Shown here piece after piece: positions 62,117 through 64,000 of a stretch of DNA of 64,000 nt. The notes beneath the pieces are model-generated. The model saw nothing but the letters and a program-made list of their open reading frames with translations, did no database searches and had not been told where the DNA came from. This DNA is from a bacterium (GTDB lineage: Bacteria > RBG-13-61-14 > DATKZS01). The translations under genes were made by a program, and so were the position numbers. The stretch's first letter is position 1. Each line of letters begins with the position of its first letter. Where the stretch lies: NCBI GenBank assembly GCA_963674965.2, contig CAXXFL010000007.1, forward strand, positions 1-64,000, given 5' to 3'.

Positions 62117-62455
62117 TTATTCCCTTTCAGCGACCACTATCGTAATCTTGCTGGTTCTTTTTCTGATGGGCGTGGCCCTGCCCATGGCCCGCGGCATCCA
62201 CCGCTTCATGGTCGGGCCCTCGTCCACGAAAACGTTCTTGACCACCAGGGCGTCGGCGTCAAGCCCGTGATTTTCCTCCGCGTTGGCCACGGCCGAGCTG
62301 AGAAGCTTCCTGAGCGGACGGCTCGCCCCTCTCGGGTTGTGAGCCAGCGAGGCCAGGGCCTCCTCGACCTTCCTGCCCTTGATGGTTTCGGCGACCAACC
62401 TTACCTTGAACGGGCTCATTCGAAGGTAATTAAGCTTAGCGACGGCATCGGTCAT
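62117..62455 (-). CDS. rplV: 50S protein L22
   Basis: SAVANAE and PRAMGRA motifs. Confidence 0.97.
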   Translation of the reverse strand: MTDAVAKLNYLRMSPFKVRLVAETIKGRKVEEALASLAHNPRGASRPLRKLLSSAVANAEENHGLDADALVVKNVFVDEGPTMKRWMPRAMGRATPIRKRTSKITIVVAERE

Positions 62456-62496
62456 TTATTTTTCCTCCCGTTCTCAAATATCTTCCCAAGAACGGC

Positions 62497-62778
62497 TTAC
62501 TTCTTGAGCTTGGACTTGCGGTCCCCCGCGTGCCCGAAGAAGCTCCTGGTGGGAGAAAACTCCCCCATCTTGTGCCCCACCATGTTCTCGGTGATCAGCA
62601 CGGGTATAAACTTCTTTCCGTTGTGGATCGTAAAGGTCAGCCCGATCATGTCCGGCGTGACGGTGCTGCGCCTGCTCCAGGTCTGGATGGGGCGCTTGCT
62701 TCCGGTATCCTTGGCCTTCTGGACCTTCCTTTGCAGGTGGTCGTCCACGTAAGGGCCTTTTTTAAGGGACCGCGCCAT
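62497..62778 (-). CDS. rpsS: 30S protein S19
   Basis: RSLKKGP and [11 protein letters not shown] motifs. Confidence 0.97.
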   Translation of the reverse strand: MARSLKKGPYVDDHLQRKVQKAKDTGSKRPIQTWSRRSTVTPDMIGLTFTIHNGKKFIPVLITENMVGHKMGEFSPTRSFFGHAGDRKSKLKK

Positions 62779-62790
62779 TATTATCCTCCG

Positions 62791-63615
62791 TTACTTCTTT
62801 TTCCTGCCATGCATAATGTATTTGTCGGTTCTCGGGTTCTTCCTGGTTTTCTTGCCCTTGGTTATTTTGCCCCACGGGGTCTGGGGGTGGTTTCCCTTGT
62901 TCCTGCCCTCGCCCCCGCCGTGGGGATGGTCGACCGGGTTCATGGCCACGCCGCGCACGATCGGCCTTCTGCCCAGCCAGCGCTTCCTGCCGGCCTTGCC
63001 GATGCTGATGTTGCCGTGGTCCGGGTTCGAGACCTGGCCCACCGTGGCCCAGCAGTCCTGGAGCACCAGGCGCTGCTCGCCGCTGGGCATCCGGATCAGG
63101 GCGTACTTTCCCTCCTTGGCCATGAGCTGGCCGAAGGTCCCGGCGCTCCTTATAAGCTGCCCGCCCTTGCCGATCTTGTGCTCGAGGTTGTGAAGGATCG
63201 TGCCCAGGGGCATGTTCCGGAGGGGAATATGGTTGCCGGGCTTGATGTCCACGTTCTCGCCCGCCACGACCTTGTCCCCCACGCCCAGGCGCTGGGGCGC
63301 CAGGATGTATCTCTTCTCCCCGTCCGCGTAATGAAGCAGGGCGATCCAGGCGCTGCGGTTCGGGTCGTACTCGACGCTGGCCACCTTGGCCGGAATCTCG
63401 AGCTTGTCGCGCTTGAAGTCGATCACGCGGTAGCGCCTCTTATGCCCCCCCCCGCGGTGCCAGACGGTGACGCGGCCGGTGTTGTTCCTGCCCCCGCTCT
63501 TCTTGAGCGAGCGTATGAGGGTCTTCTCCGGTTCCTTGGCGCCTTCCTTGTTAAAGACCGTCTGGGTCATGAACCTGCGGCCCGGCGAAGTCGGTTTGTA
63601 TTTCTTAATAGCCAA
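62791..63615 (-). CDS. rplB: 50S protein L2
   Basis: [13 protein letters not shown] motif. Confidence 0.98.
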   Translation of the reverse strand: MAIKKYKPTSPGRRFMTQTVFNKEGAKEPEKTLIRSLKKSGGRNNTGRVTVWHRGGGHKRRYRVIDFKRDKLEIPAKVASVEYDPNRSAWIALLHYADGEKRYILAPQRLGVGDKVVAGENVDIKPGNHIPLRNMPLGTILHNLEHKIGKGGQLIRSAGTFGQLMAKEGKYALIRMPSGEQRLVLQDCWATVGQVSNPDHGNISIGKAGRKRWLGRRPIVRGVAMNPVDHPHGGGEGRNKGNHPQTPWGKITKGKKTRKNPRTDKYIMHGRKKK

Positions 63616-63636
63616 GATATCTCTCCCCGAGTATTC

Positions 63637-63930
63637 TTACACGCTCTCGTAGAAGTCGATGCGGTCGCCTTCCTTAAGCGTCACGATCGCCTTCTTCCAG
63701 CTCTTCTTGTGCCCGAAAGTCATTCCCCGCCGCACGGGCTTGCCGCGCATGCGCATGGTGTTGACTCTCACCACCTGGACCTTGAATATGGACTCGACGG
63801 CCCGCTTGATCTGGTGCTTGCCCGCGCGGGGGTCGACCTCGAAGGCCACCTGGTTGTGGCCCTCCTCCTGGATGGTGCTCTTCTCCGTCACGATGGGCCT
63901 TTTGATGATATGGTAGTCCTGAAGCGTCAT
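63637..63930 (-). CDS. rplW: 50S protein L23
   Basis: PIVTEKS and WKKAIVTL motifs. Confidence 0.96.
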   Translation of the reverse strand: MTLQDYHIIKRPIVTEKSTIQEEGHNQVAFEVDPRAGKHQIKRAVESIFKVQVVRVNTMRMRGKPVRRGMTFGHKKSWKKAIVTLKEGDRIDFYESV

Positions 63931-64000
63931 GACAGGGCCTCCTGTATCGCCTGGGCGGCGGCCTTGGTAAGGATCAGCTTGTCGTGGAGAAGCACGTCGC
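63927..64000 (-). CDS. rplD: 50S protein L4, 3' end (partial)
   Basis: Manual translation DVLLHDKLILTKAAAQAIQEALS*; ATGA overlap with rplW. Confidence 0.88.
   Translation of the reverse strand, partial: DVLLHDKLILTKAAAQAIQEALS

Noticed and set aside
50242-64000. Ribosomal cluster searched for insertions, introns or odd gene order
   Set aside because: Canonical S10-spc-alpha order; GTG/TTG starts and Zn-type S14/L36 are ordinary.

Overview
GC-rich bacterial window, most consistent with a deltaproteobacterial (Desulfobacterota/Myxococcota-like) genome; this taxon call is inferred from gene style only. The left ~10 kb is a mobile-element hotspot: an IS3-family end, an intact IS630 with an A9 slip site, cocE, iscS-iscU, tRNA-Lys(UUU), and a head-to-tail dimer of a 1314-bp IS110 element. 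The middle holds metabolic and signalling genes (CIRCE-groES-groEL, tatA, SDRs, an AT-rich pnuC-nadR islet, ald, a Ser/Thr kinase-TPR protein, REC-DnaJ-TPR), two copies of a 186-bp MITE-like element and a REP-like cluster. The right 14 kb is the ordinary S10-spc-alpha ribosomal cluster on the minus strand. The main finding is that the IS110 bridge RNA can be read from the sequence. Its target loop carries AAAGGAGAT/ATCGT and its donor loop ATAGGAG/ACCGT, matching the reconstructed target (AAAGGAG-AT-GAT) and donor (ATAGGAG-AT-GGT), with guide order reversed relative to IS621. The target is a Shine-Dalgarno site just before a start codon and is nearly identical to the donor, so the element's own junctions are near-perfect targets, which would explain the tandem dimer. 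All calls were made by eye; no database searches or folding programs were run.
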